From Planctomycetota bacterium (GTDB lineage: Bacteria > Planctomycetota > Phycisphaerae > SM23-33): DNA of 64,000 nt. The DNA lies in contig JAKJER010000003.1 in assembly GCA_022705325.1 (NCBI GenBank), positions 181,419 to 245,418 on the forward strand, given 5' to 3'. The notes under the pieces were generated by a model. That model worked only from the letters and a program-made list of their open reading frames with translations, had not been told where the DNA came from and ran no database searches. The translations under genes and the position numbers were made by a program. Below, piece after piece: positions 1-12,543 of this stretch (its first letter is position 1; every line of letters starts with the position of its first letter).

Positions 1-48
1 GGTATACTGCGTGTTTTCGCACATGCTCCGGATACGGGAAGGGCATCG

Positions 49-3198
<3,150 letters not shown>

Positions 3199-3307
3199 CG
3201 GCGCCCCGATCCTTGGCCGGTCCGGTCTGGCGTTCTCCCCTGCGGCGTCAGGCACTCCCCATGGATTCGCCCTGGAGCCCCGGGGGCCTCCCGACAAGAC
3301 GCGGCAG

Positions 3308-3400
3308 GGCGCACGCAGGGCGCAGGAGTTCGCGGGCAGGACGCGAAAGGGCGCACGTAGGGCGCGGGAGTTCGCGGGCAGGACGCGGAAAGGCGCACAT
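3308..3400. repeat. Intergenic tandem direct repeat, 42-43 bp unit, about 2.2 copies
   Basis: Unit 1 (3308-3349) is ggcgcacgcagggcgcaggagttcgcgggcaggacgcgaaag. Unit 2 (3350-3392) is ggcgcacgtagggcgcgggagttcgcgggcaggacgcggaaag. A partial third copy, gcgcacatg, follows. The repeat lies downstream of the uvrA stop. Confidence 0.8.
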
Positions 3401-3784
3401 GTAACTCCTTGCACACAGGGTGGTTTACCTCGTAGTCAGACGCCCGGCCAGCCCTTGACCGCCCGGAAAGAGCGAACTAAAGCGCCCTTCAGGGAACTCC
3501 CTGATTCCCCGACCGACCAGAGGCCGCGGCCCTGAGCCGGACCGAGAAGCGGACCGGCGAGGCCCGAGGCCTCACGGGTCGGCTGAGGGTCGAAAGCGGC
3601 CAAGGCGTCTGGCCGGTCCCAGGAGGCGTCGGCCGGCGCGGAGCGGGCGGTGGGAGTCGGTTCCTTCGGCCGATCGCGGCCTGAGCGATCCTGGCCGGTC
3701 CTGGGCGGGTCGGATAAAATGAGGGACGGGGCAAGAAAGACGGTTGAGGTCAGAGGCGGATGGCCCTACAATAACGTCATCCAC

Positions 3785-4633
3785 ATGCGAACGTCATGGG
3801 ACCAGGGAGAACGGCGACCCGGCCCGTTCGGACGTCGCCTATCCAAACCCGCCGCCCGCGGGCTCCGCCCGCCTTGCCGCAGGTCCCGCGCGGCATCGCC
3901 TGCCGCCTTCACCCTGGTCGAACTGCTCGTGGTGATCGCGATCCTGGCCCTGCTGCTGTCGATCCTGGCGCCGACCCTGGCGCGGTCGCGGGAACTTGTT
4001 CGCCGGGCCGTCTGCTGCTCGGGCATCCGCTCGACTGTGGCGGGCCACCAGACCTACGCCAGCATGTTTCGCGATCAATACGTCTACGGCACGCCGGCGG
4101 CGCCGGTGCAGGCCCGTTACGGGGCCTGGAGCGTCTGGACCTCAGGTTTCGCCAACAGCGGCGACAGCGATCAGGAGGGCTGGTTCGGCTGCGGGCTTCT
4201 CTTTCATCTGGGCTACCTGGGTGAGCCCGGCCTGCTCTATTGTCCGAGTTGGACCCACCCCTACTACCGCATGGGCGATCCGCTGTACGGGTTCGAGGAC
4301 GTCCCGGACCCGGCCACCAAGAAGTGGATCAGCCGCGGCTACCACTACCGGGCGACCCTGACCCTGGACACGGGCGGGAAGGCCCGCTCGGCCCGAGGCG
4401 TTCGCGACCCGAACGGAACGGCCATCCTGGCGGACGGTTTCGCCCAGGCGCCGCTGGTGGGCGCCGGGGCGGGCATGGACATGCATCACAAGGAAGGCTA
4501 CAACGCCGCGTACATGGACGGGCACGCACAATTCCTGATCGACGTCGACCGCGTCGTCGCCGACGCCATGACCAGCAACATGGCCTTCAGCGAACTGGAG
4601 GGCCACTGGCGGAACTTCTTCGACCGCCAGTAG
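3785..4633 (+). CDS. Prepilin-type N-terminal cleavage/methylation domain protein (DUF1559-like)
   Basis: Carries the motif AFTLVELLVVIAILALLLSILAPTL (class III signal-peptide-like, Glu at +5). The C-terminal motif HHKEGYNAAYMDGHAQFLID is typical of planctomycete DUF1559 proteins. I prefer ATG 3785 over the track start at 3650. The leader is unusually long (about 41 aa) and has Ala, not Gly, at -1. Confidence 0.75.
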   Translation: MRTSWDQGERRPGPFGRRLSKPAARGLRPPCRRSRAASPAAFTLVELLVVIAILALLLSILAPTLARSRELVRRAVCCSGIRSTVAGHQTYASMFRDQYVYGTPAAPVQARYGAWSVWTSGFANSGDSDQEGWFGCGLLFHLGYLGEPGLLYCPSWTHPYYRMGDPLYGFEDVPDPATKKWISRGYHYRATLTLDTGGKARSARGVRDPNGTAILADGFAQAPLVGAGAGMDMHHKEGYNAAYMDGHAQFLIDVDRVVADAMTSNMAFSELEGHWRNFFDRQ

Positions 4634-4748
4634 CCTTGCAGCCCTGGCCATTCGCCCTCTTGTCCCCGTGAACAGCGCCACTCGCGCTGGGTGTGCGCGC
4701 ACAAGCACACGGGCCCTGTCCGGGCCATCGCATCGGAGTCGCCCGCGG

Positions 4749-6176
4749 CTATTTCGTCTCCTGGGTGATCAGCGTGCCGAACCGTTTGCTGATGGCCAGG
4801 GCCGGGTCCAGCGGGACGGGCACGGGCTGGCAGTCGGCGGGGATGGAGATCGTCGGGCAGGGGCGGATCGTCTTGCCCTTGAAGTTGGGCAGCCACTGGC
4901 GCTGAGCATCGAGCATCTCGCTCGCCATGTCGCGGACCTGCTTGAGCGTGCAGACGGCGCCGGTCAGCGGGTCCATGGCCATGGCGTGGACGATGGCTTC
5001 CGGGTCGCTCTCCAGGGCGGCCTTGCCGGCCAGGGTCTGGACCTGGACGTTGCTCATGCAGGCGGCGGCACACTGGGCGGGCAGGTTCCCCACCCGCGTG
5101 GGATGCAGCCCGGCGTCGTCGGCGAAGACGGGCACTTCGACGCAGCAGCCGGCGGGCAGGTTGTCGATCAAGCCCTGGTTGCGGACGTTGCCCATGAAGC
5201 GGAAGGGCTTGCCCGTGGCCACCGCCTCCATGATGTACGAACAGTACTCGACGCTGCGCCCGGTGATTCTGGCCGACTCGTACTCCAACTCGTCGTGGGC
5301 GGCATACTTGTCCGCGATGGTCTTGCACCAGTTGTAGTAGGCCCCGCTGGCCCCTCCGAAAGCGGGCTCGTCGCAGTACAGGTCCAGGGCGAGCTTGTTC
5401 TTGCGGAACCAGGGCACGTACTCGCTGAGGTGCCCGGTGGACTCGGTCATGAAGTAGCCGAAGTGGCGGAAGACCTCGCCGCGGACCTTCTCGGTCTTGT
5501 AGTACTGGGGCTTCTCGAACTTCTCTCGCAGGTCGGGGTAGAGGTCGCGCCCCTTGTGCTCCAGGCGGAGGAACCAGTCCATGTGGTTGATCCCGCCGCA
5601 GGTGTAGGTGATCTCCTCCTTGGGCACGTTGCAGTAGCCGGCGATCAGGTCGAGCGTGGTCTGCACGCCGTGGCAAAGCCCGACGAACTGCACGTCGGTC
5701 GCCTTGCCCAGGGCCAGGCACACGCCGGCCATCGGGTTGGCGTACTGGAGCATGATGCAGTGGGGCTTGGCCAGTTCCTGCATGTCGCGGGCGATGTCCA
5801 CCACGACCGGGACAGCCCGCAGGGCGCGGAACACCCCGCCCGGGCCCAGCGAGTCTCCCACGCACTGGTCCACGCCGTACTTCATCGGGATCTCGTAGTC
5901 CAGCTTGAAGGCGTCCACGCCCCCCACCTGCACCATCACCACCACGAAGTCCGCGTCGCGGATGGCCTCGCGCCGGTCCAGCGTGGCCCACACCTTGGCC
6001 GGGCAGCCGTTCTCCCGGATCATCTTCTTCGCGAACGCCTCCATCCGCCTCAGCCGCGGCTCGGTCCGGCTCATCAGCGCGAACTCGCTGTCGGCCAGCG
6101 CGGGCGTGGCCAGGATGTCGCTCATCAGGGTCTTGCAGAACACGATACTGCCCGCACCGATCATCGCGATCTTCAT
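4749..6176 (-). CDS. Glycoside hydrolase family 4 (NAD+/Mn2+-dependent alpha-glucosidase/alpha-galactosidase type)
   Basis: 475 aa. The N-terminal Rossmann motif is MKIAMIGAGSIVF. GH4-typical blocks are present: YANPMAGVCLA, GLCHGVQ, GGINHMDWFL. Confidence 0.85.
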   Translation of the reverse strand: MKIAMIGAGSIVFCKTLMSDILATPALADSEFALMSRTEPRLRRMEAFAKKMIRENGCPAKVWATLDRREAIRDADFVVVMVQVGGVDAFKLDYEIPMKYGVDQCVGDSLGPGGVFRALRAVPVVVDIARDMQELAKPHCIMLQYANPMAGVCLALGKATDVQFVGLCHGVQTTLDLIAGYCNVPKEEITYTCGGINHMDWFLRLEHKGRDLYPDLREKFEKPQYYKTEKVRGEVFRHFGYFMTESTGHLSEYVPWFRKNKLALDLYCDEPAFGGASGAYYNWCKTIADKYAAHDELEYESARITGRSVEYCSYIMEAVATGKPFRFMGNVRNQGLIDNLPAGCCVEVPVFADDAGLHPTRVGNLPAQCAAACMSNVQVQTLAGKAALESDPEAIVHAMAMDPLTGAVCTLKQVRDMASEMLDAQRQWLPNFKGKTIRPCPTISIPADCQPVPVPLDPALAISKRFGTLITQETK

Positions 6177-6266
6177 GGTCCAGACTCCATGTAAAAGGGA
6201 CTCTTGCAGATCAACTGTTGCCCGGCAGGGACATTATGCAGTCAAGTCCGCGACGGTGCAACCGCC

Positions 6267-9200
6267 TCACCTGCCGCGGCACACGATGCTGCCGTCCTCC
6301 AGGACGAGCACGAGCCTCCCGCCGGCCAGCGCCGCCCCGTGCAGGACCGGCGGCGAGTGCAGCTTGAGTTCCGCCAGCCGCTCGCCGCTCGTCGAGTCGT
6401 ACACGTGCAGCAGGCCGCCCTTGCGCCCCTCGAAGCTGCCCAGCGGGTCGGCCGGGTCGATCTCGTCCGGCGGCCCGGCGAGTACCAACCGCTCGCCCGC
6501 CAATACCATTGTCCTCGCCCGCACGGCAATCCGCTTGGACCAGGCTGGCGCGGCCGCCTTGGAATCCTTGTCCCTCGCCAGCAGCAGGTAGCCCTTCTTG
6601 CCCGGGGCGAAGTACACCTCCGGATTGAGCCCCTGCAGCGAATCGAACATTCGCACGTAGCACGCCCGCCGCTGGTCGTGCACGATCAGACGGGCGTAGT
6701 CCTTCCCCAGCACCCACGGCACGCGCTTGAAGTACGTGCCATCCAGGATGCCGCTGACGATCTTCATCGTCGGCTGGCTCCGGACGGGCGAGAGCTTGTC
6801 GTCGAAGGCCGCCGTCCGCATGTAGACCGAGTTCGCCCCGTCCCCCACCAGCACGTCGTTAAGGTAGCCCATGGGCAGGTTGAAGTTCTGTTTGAAGGTG
6901 CCATCCACGTACTCCGGGCCCGACAGGGTTTTTTCGTGCAGCACCTTGCCCGTTGCCGGATCCAGGGCCAGCAGCACAATCCCGCCGTCCAGGTGCGACG
7001 ACCGCCCCGCCGCCGCGTACGCCACGTCGCCCTGCACCAGGATGCTGCCGTGGATCGGCCAGGGCGACTCCAGTTGACCCATTGCGGAAATGAGCCGATC
7101 GCCCGTTCCCGCCCGCAGCCGCCACGCCAGCGCACCGTCAGCCGCCCGCAGGCAGTAGACGTACCCGTCGACCGAGCCGAACAGCACCAGCCCCTTGTGG
7201 ATCGTCGGCGGGGAGTCGACGCGACCGTCGGCCGCGAACTCCCAGACTTGCCGCCCGTCGGCAGCGTCCAGGCAGATGACGTGATGCTCGTCCACCAGGG
7301 CCGCGTACACCCGCCCGCCAGCGACAACCGGGGCTGAGACCTTCACGCCCGGCCGCACGGTCCACAGCGGTCTCAACTCGCCGCTCAGCGCCGCGGGCGT
7401 TGAACCGGTCCGCATGGCGTCGTGGCGCAGCGTGGGCCAGTCGTCGAGCCCCTCCGGCTCCGCCTTGATCCTTCCCATCGCCGGCCCCGTCGTCAGGCGG
7501 GGTCCGGCTGCGGGACGCCGGGCGGACTCCCGCGCGGCCGTCAAGGCGTTGAAGCCGTTGAGCTTCTCGTCGATGTAGCACTGGCAGGGATGCGGCGGAG
7601 CGTACTGGAGCCCGTTGGCGGGCATCATGCCCACGTGGCAGGTCCCGCGGACCCAGTTGTCGACGACGTGCTTGCCGCCCTCGAGGCTGACGAACTCCGT
7701 GCCCCGCCGGCTGGCCAGGATGTACCGCACCGTCGCCTTGTCGCGGTAGCAGCGGTGGTGATGGTGCGTGGTGAAGATCTCGCCCACCTCGACCTGCTTC
7801 TTCCGCGCGCCGGTGTGCAGGTCGTAGCCGTTGGCCCATCGCGGGGCCAACGTGCCCCCCTGCTTCTTCGTGCCGCCCGTCAGCGGCTTGCGATCCAGTT
7901 CCGCCGACCACGTCCAGACCAGGCCGTCGATCACGAATACGTCTTTCCACTCGTACCACAGGTGCTGGATGAACTTCTTGGGCTGCTCCCACAGCAGCTT
8001 GCCCGTGTCGGCTGACAGGCCCGCCAGCTTGCTCGGGCTGGCGTGGACGACCACGCCGTCGGTCACGATCATCGCACCCACCCACAGGTGGTTGCGGAAG
8101 TTCTGCATGCCGCCGGCTGTGCGGTCGGCGGCGTCCAGCGGGAAGTCGGCCTTCCACTTCTCTTTGCCTGTGGCCAGGTCCAGGGCCGCGATCTGCGAAG
8201 CATCGATGAGGACCACGATCCGGCCGTCGGCGGCGAGGTTGGCCGCCGGGTCGAGCCTCTCCGGGGTCGACCCGCCGTGCATCTCCTTCCACCGGATGTA
8301 GTCGGTGGTCGTGCCCGCGTAGGTCTTGTCGGAAGTCCACAGCACCTTGCCGCTCGCGCCGTCGACCGCCTTCACCCTCAGCCGCTCGCCCTCCACCACG
8401 GAGATGATCAGCCGCCCGTCGAGGTACAGGATCTCGTTGGCGCCTTCCGTGCCCGCGTAGGTCTGGAGCACGGTCCCCGTCCGGGCGTCAAGCTGCGAGA
8501 CCGGCGCCCGGTAGCCCAGCGTGACGTAGACGAACTCCCCCGCCGCGACCAGTCGCTTCTGGATGTTCAGCGGGATGTCGCCCGGGCGGGTGTTGAACCA
8601 AGTGTGCTTCCACTCCCGCCAGCCCCAGCGGCGGATGGGGACCTGCCACAACACCACGCCGTTGAACGCGTCCTGGCAGACGAGCGACCACTTGTCGGGC
8701 AGGTCGTTTTGACCGGCCAGGCTGATCGGGGCTGCGTCCTGGATGGACAGGATACGCCCGTTGGCCGTGACCAGTGTGGAAGGGGTGGAGTCGGTTTCGT
8801 GCGAGCGGCTCCACACCGGATCGCTGATCCACTGGTAGTGCCTGGGCGGGCCGACGCGGAGGTCGCGGGCCACCGGGTTGCCGTCCGGCCCGTGGAGGTA
8901 GTGGCCCCACTGATCGATGTCGGCGGGCCAGGCCTTGGACAACTTCAGCCACGCCTGCCCCGTCTTTGCATCGACTGTCTGGGTTCCGGCGCCGGCTGCC
9001 TTGGCCTGGGCCGAAACCTCGCGGGCATCCACGGCCCCGCCCAGCCACGCCGTTCCCAGCGGGGCCAGCGCCCGCAGTACTTCTTTGACGGTCAAGCCCG
9101 CCTTGGCAGCCGCCGGCCAGTCCGGAACGACGATTACGTTGACCAGGTCGTCCACGTGCGGCAGGTACGGCGGCGACCAGGCGGTGACGGAGACTTGTCC

Positions 9201-9521
9201 GTAGAGTCCGGCTTCTCGCATGGCCTTGCGCAGGGAGTCGCAGGCGGATGCGTCCCCTTCCAGGCAATGCACGACCTGCGCGCCGTTGCGGGCCAGGGCG
9301 AGGGGCAGGACAGGCGACCGCGGAGCGACGAAGACGCAGACTCCGCCGGTCGGGGTCGAGCCGAGGACCTCGCGGGCAAACGGACCGAAATCGTCAGAAT
9401 CGCGCACGAACTCGAGCGAGGGCTGTGCGTCCGCGGCGGCGACCGACGAGGCCGAGCCCAGCAGAAGCGCCAAGACGCACATACCGGCAACTCCACAACA
9501 TCGTGTTCCGTTCATGTTCAT
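6267..9521 (-). CDS. Large exported PQQ-like beta-propeller repeat protein (BamB-like repeats)
   Basis: 1084 aa with signal peptide MNMNGTRCCGVAGMCVLALLLGSASSVAAA. Propeller-blade motifs recur (GRVYAALVDEHHVICLDAADGRQVWEF, GLVLFGSVDGYVYCLRAADGALAWR, GKVLWTS, GKEKWKA, GKLLWEQ). The N-terminal ~170 aa look Rossmann-like, but I cannot assign them. Confidence 0.7.
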   Translation of the reverse strand: MNMNGTRCCGVAGMCVLALLLGSASSVAAADAQPSLEFVRDSDDFGPFAREVLGSTPTGGVCVFVAPRSPVLPLALARNGAQVVHCLEGDASACDSLRKAMREAGLYGQVSVTAWSPPYLPHVDDLVNVIVVPDWPAAAKAGLTVKEVLRALAPLGTAWLGGAVDAREVSAQAKAAGAGTQTVDAKTGQAWLKLSKAWPADIDQWGHYLHGPDGNPVARDLRVGPPRHYQWISDPVWSRSHETDSTPSTLVTANGRILSIQDAAPISLAGQNDLPDKWSLVCQDAFNGVVLWQVPIRRWGWREWKHTWFNTRPGDIPLNIQKRLVAAGEFVYVTLGYRAPVSQLDARTGTVLQTYAGTEGANEILYLDGRLIISVVEGERLRVKAVDGASGKVLWTSDKTYAGTTTDYIRWKEMHGGSTPERLDPAANLAADGRIVVLIDASQIAALDLATGKEKWKADFPLDAADRTAGGMQNFRNHLWVGAMIVTDGVVVHASPSKLAGLSADTGKLLWEQPKKFIQHLWYEWKDVFVIDGLVWTWSAELDRKPLTGGTKKQGGTLAPRWANGYDLHTGARKKQVEVGEIFTTHHHHRCYRDKATVRYILASRRGTEFVSLEGGKHVVDNWVRGTCHVGMMPANGLQYAPPHPCQCYIDEKLNGFNALTAARESARRPAAGPRLTTGPAMGRIKAEPEGLDDWPTLRHDAMRTGSTPAALSGELRPLWTVRPGVKVSAPVVAGGRVYAALVDEHHVICLDAADGRQVWEFAADGRVDSPPTIHKGLVLFGSVDGYVYCLRAADGALAWRLRAGTGDRLISAMGQLESPWPIHGSILVQGDVAYAAAGRSSHLDGGIVLLALDPATGKVLHEKTLSGPEYVDGTFKQNFNLPMGYLNDVLVGDGANSVYMRTAAFDDKLSPVRSQPTMKIVSGILDGTYFKRVPWVLGKDYARLIVHDQRRACYVRMFDSLQGLNPEVYFAPGKKGYLLLARDKDSKAAAPAWSKRIAVRARTMVLAGERLVLAGPPDEIDPADPLGSFEGRKGGLLHVYDSTSGERLAELKLHSPPVLHGAALAGGRLVLVLEDGSIVCRGR

Positions 9522-9586
9522 ACTCCTGCTTTCGCCGCCCTGGGCGACTACGCCCTATGCCCTTACGGGCACACTACAAGCGCGCG

Positions 9587-11077
9587 CTATGAACGTTTGA
9601 ATTCCGCAGCGATCTCTTCCGCCGTCAGAGCCTTGTCGAACATCTTGACCTCGTCGATCAGGCCCCGGAAAGGCTCGACGACATCGACGCAACTGTTGGA
9701 CAGGTCGGCCCCGATCTCCATGGGCTGGCCGCAATTGCCCGGCACGGGGCCGGACGTCTTGGTTCGGGCGACCCGCACACCGTCCACGTACAGCTCGATG
9801 GCGTCCGCACCGACCACACCGGCGAGGTGGACCCACCGACCGGTCGCAACCGCGGCCGGGGCGACGGCCAGGAAGGGTTGCTCCTCCTGGGTGCGGCGGA
9901 TGCCGAAGCCAGCCTTGCCGCCCTTTAGGTGGAGCGAGAAGCCCTGGAAGGCGCCCCCGCGGGCGACTACCACCCCGCCGACTGCCTCGCTCTTGATCCA
10001 CGCACAGATCGTGAAGGGCCGGTCCGCGATGGCCAGCGCCTGCGGTTTGCCCAACTCGACGTACGCGTCCGGGCCGCACCGCACCGCCTTGCCGACCTTG
10101 CCAGGCTCGGCCTTGCACCCCTTGAACTGTCCGTCGCTCCCCCCGCCGGTCACGTCGCGGGCTTTGCCGTCGTCGAAGCTCCAGTGGGCCCAGAGTCCGC
10201 CTTTGGCGGCGGCCGGCGAGGGCGGGCCCAGGACGGCCAGCACAGCGGGTTCCTTCTCGATGGCCTGGCGTTTGGCAAGGGCGGCCTCGGCGTCTTTCTC
10301 GCTCATCCGCGACAGGGCGCAGGCGGCGGCAATGCGTACGCTCGTTTCGGCGTCCTTCAGGGCCCCTGCCAGAGGCGGCACCGCCGCCTCTCCGCCCAGC
10401 GCCCCCAAGGCTTCTGCCGCACGGGCGCGCAAGGCTGCGTCGTTGCTCTTGAGCAGCGCCGCCAGGGCGGCGGCAGGCTGGTCCGCCCGACCGCGGAGCA
10501 GCCAACCCACGTGGGCGGGTTGGACCTGCTCAGCCTTCAGCAGGGCCGCCAACTCGTTCGATGACTGGTTCCACCCGATCTCGCGGAGGGCCCAGGCCGC
10601 CTGGTCACGGACAGCCCACTCAGGATCGCCGAGTGCCTTGAGCAGCGCCGGCCCGGTCGTGGGCGACTTGATCTCGCCCAGGGCGAAGGCGGCGGCAGCC
10701 CGCACGTTGGCATCGTCGTCGCCCAGGGCGGCCATGAGGCCCTTGGCGGCTGCGGGGTCTCGCGTCGAGGCTAGAGACCTGGCGGCCGCCCGTCGGACAG
10801 CCGGGGCGGGGTCGGTCAGCGCCCGCACCAGAGCCGGGACCGCCGCACGATCCGCCAGCCGGCCCAGGCGCACGGCGGCTTGCTCGCGCACGGCCTGCTC
10901 CTTCGACTCCATGTCGCGCAGAGCTGCCTGGACCGCCGGAGCGGGGGGAACTTGGCCTGCGGCTTCTGCAGCATGCAGCGCACCGAACGCCGTCAGCACC
11001 ATCAGGAGGAGCCATTTCGCACGTGCCGGTCTCGATGGTTGATTCATGGCTCTACTGTATCCGCAGAAGCAGGGCAC
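9587..11077 (-). CDS. Exported HEAT-repeat / LamG (concanavalin A-like lectin) domain protein
   Basis: 496 aa with a signal-like N-terminus. HEAT/PBS-lyase-like repeats are present (AVPALVRALTDPAPAVRRAAARSLAS; LGDDDANVRAAAAFALGEI; LGDPEWAVRDQAAWALREIG). The C-terminal ~200 aa have a Laminin_G_3-like pattern (WVHLAGVVGADAIELYVDGVRVA ... GLIDEVKMFDKALTAEEI). Confidence 0.7.
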   Translation of the reverse strand: MPCFCGYSRAMNQPSRPARAKWLLLMVLTAFGALHAAEAAGQVPPAPAVQAALRDMESKEQAVREQAAVRLGRLADRAAVPALVRALTDPAPAVRRAAARSLASTRDPAAAKGLMAALGDDDANVRAAAAFALGEIKSPTTGPALLKALGDPEWAVRDQAAWALREIGWNQSSNELAALLKAEQVQPAHVGWLLRGRADQPAAALAALLKSNDAALRARAAEALGALGGEAAVPPLAGALKDAETSVRIAAACALSRMSEKDAEAALAKRQAIEKEPAVLAVLGPPSPAAAKGGLWAHWSFDDGKARDVTGGGSDGQFKGCKAEPGKVGKAVRCGPDAYVELGKPQALAIADRPFTICAWIKSEAVGGVVVARGGAFQGFSLHLKGGKAGFGIRRTQEEQPFLAVAPAAVATGRWVHLAGVVGADAIELYVDGVRVARTKTSGPVPGNCGQPMEIGADLSNSCVDVVEPFRGLIDEVKMFDKALTAEEIAAEFKRS

Positions 11078-11139
11078 GAACAGCCTTCTGCATGGGGAAT
11101 AGGCCTGGAGGTTCTGCTCCGGGCGGACTGGGCCAAAGC

Positions 11140-11172
11140 AACGGCCCCGCCGACAGGATCGACGGGGCCGTT
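11140..11172 (-). terminator. Putative intrinsic terminator after hyhL
   Basis: Perfect 10-bp GC-rich inverted repeat, aacggccccg (11140-11149) and cggggccgtt (11163-11172), with a 13-nt loop. It lies 42 nt downstream of the hyhL stop. On the minus strand it is followed by tgctttgg, a short T run. Confidence 0.45.
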
Positions 11173-11213
11173 GAAGCTTTCGCGAACGGACGCGGCGAGA
11201 CGCCGCATCTTCC

Positions 11214-12518
11214 CTACACCCAATCCACCTTCAGCAGATGGACCGAGCAGGAGATGCACGGGTCGTAGGAGCGGACGAGCATCTCCAGGTCGTGACCGAT
11301 CTGGTCCTGGGTGCGAGTGTTGATGACCTCGGGGACGTACTTCTGCATGTCGTGGTCGATGTTGGCCAGGTTCATCCCGGTCGGGATGATGCAGTTGGCC
11401 TTGGTGCAGACGCCCTTCTCGTCGTAGGTGTAGTCGTGGACGAGCAGGCCGCGGGGCACCTCGGTCAGGCCGATGCCGCGCCCGGCCTTGGGCGTGACAT
11501 TCGGGGCCAGCGTCGCTTCCGTGAGGTCCATCTTCATGATCTGGTCCATCAGCTTGACGGCCTCGTCGTAGAAATGGGCGATCTCGACGGTCTGGGCGAG
11601 GTTGTTGTAGTACGGGTTGTAGCACGGCGCCTTGAGGCCGAGCTTCTTGGCGGCGGCCTGCCCGCGATCATTGAGCTGGGCGGCGTTGTTGTTGAACCGC
11701 GACAGGGCGCCGACGGCCAGGCAGGCGTCCACGTTGCGGACGTGTTTGGAGGTCGAGTGCTCGACGCAGAACTCGTGGATGACCTTGGCGTAGTCGTGGA
11801 TGTCGTGCACGCCGGTCTTGGAGCTCTTGAGCTGCCCGTTGTAGAAGGCGTACTCGTCCGGGTGGGTCAGGCTGACGTCCTCTCGCTCGCGCTCGAACTT
11901 GGGGAAGGCCCCGCCGATGGCGGCGACGGTCTCGACGGTGGCGTCGACGTCGTCGTTGAGCATGAGGATGTAGTCCTGGACCTTCTTGAGGTCCTTCTTG
12001 CTGGGCACGTGGGTGAAGCCGCCCGGGACCAGGGCGATCGGGTGGACGTGCCGGCCCGCGACGGCGTCGCAGATGACGTTGCCGACCTTCTTCATCCGGA
12101 GGGCCCGTTTGACCACTTCCGGGTGGCTGGAGGCCAGCGGCAGGACGCTGCCGGCGCCCAGGGCGTCCGGAGCGGCCAGGAAGTACACGTGCAGGACGTG
12201 ACTTTGGATTTCCTCGGCCAGCAGCATGAGCTTGCGGAGGGCGAGCACCTCGGGCGTGAGTTTGAGTCCGAAGGCGTCGTCGGTGGCCTGGATGGAGGCG
12301 GTGGTGTGCCCGACCGAGCAGATGCCGCAGATCCGGCAGGTGAGCATGGCGGTGTCGCGCCAACTCAGGCCGCAGATCATGGACTCGAAGACGCGGGGCG
12401 TCTCGACGATCTGAAGGTGGCACTTCTCGACCTTGCCGTCGCTGGCCCGGACGATGATGTTGCCGTGGCCCTCGACGCGGGTCAGGTGATGGATGTTGAT
12501 GTCAAGTGTCTTTCCCAT
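11214..12518 (-). CDS. hyhL: [NiFe]-hydrogenase large (alpha) subunit, group 3b type
   Basis: 434 aa. The N-terminal Ni-binding motif is RICGICSVGH and the C-terminal motif is DPCISCSVH followed by LLKVDWV. The N-terminus (HHLTRVEGHG) is typical of group 3 enzymes. The gene is last in the 4-gene beta-gamma-delta-alpha order. Confidence 0.9.
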   Translation of the reverse strand: MGKTLDINIHHLTRVEGHGNIIVRASDGKVEKCHLQIVETPRVFESMICGLSWRDTAMLTCRICGICSVGHTTASIQATDDAFGLKLTPEVLALRKLMLLAEEIQSHVLHVYFLAAPDALGAGSVLPLASSHPEVVKRALRMKKVGNVICDAVAGRHVHPIALVPGGFTHVPSKKDLKKVQDYILMLNDDVDATVETVAAIGGAFPKFEREREDVSLTHPDEYAFYNGQLKSSKTGVHDIHDYAKVIHEFCVEHSTSKHVRNVDACLAVGALSRFNNNAAQLNDRGQAAAKKLGLKAPCYNPYYNNLAQTVEIAHFYDEAVKLMDQIMKMDLTEATLAPNVTPKAGRGIGLTEVPRGLLVHDYTYDEKGVCTKANCIIPTGMNLANIDHDMQKYVPEVINTRTQDQIGHDLEMLVRSYDPCISCSVHLLKVDWV

Positions 12519-12543
12519 ATGTATCTCCGTTCTCGGCTAGCGG

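Noticed and set aside
8043-11042. Long + strand ORFs 8043..11042 (999 aa), 13398..15653 (751 aa), 1851..3404 (517 aa), 4668..6194 (508 aa), 31462..33489 (675 aa), 19557..20927, 27082..28554 and 25463..27223.
   Set aside because: All lie opposite to, or out of frame with, genes that have unambiguous family signatures (propeller protein, hydrogenase subunits, uvrA, GH4, purH, hypF, accC, pfp). Their composition is typical of high-GC shadow ORFs.
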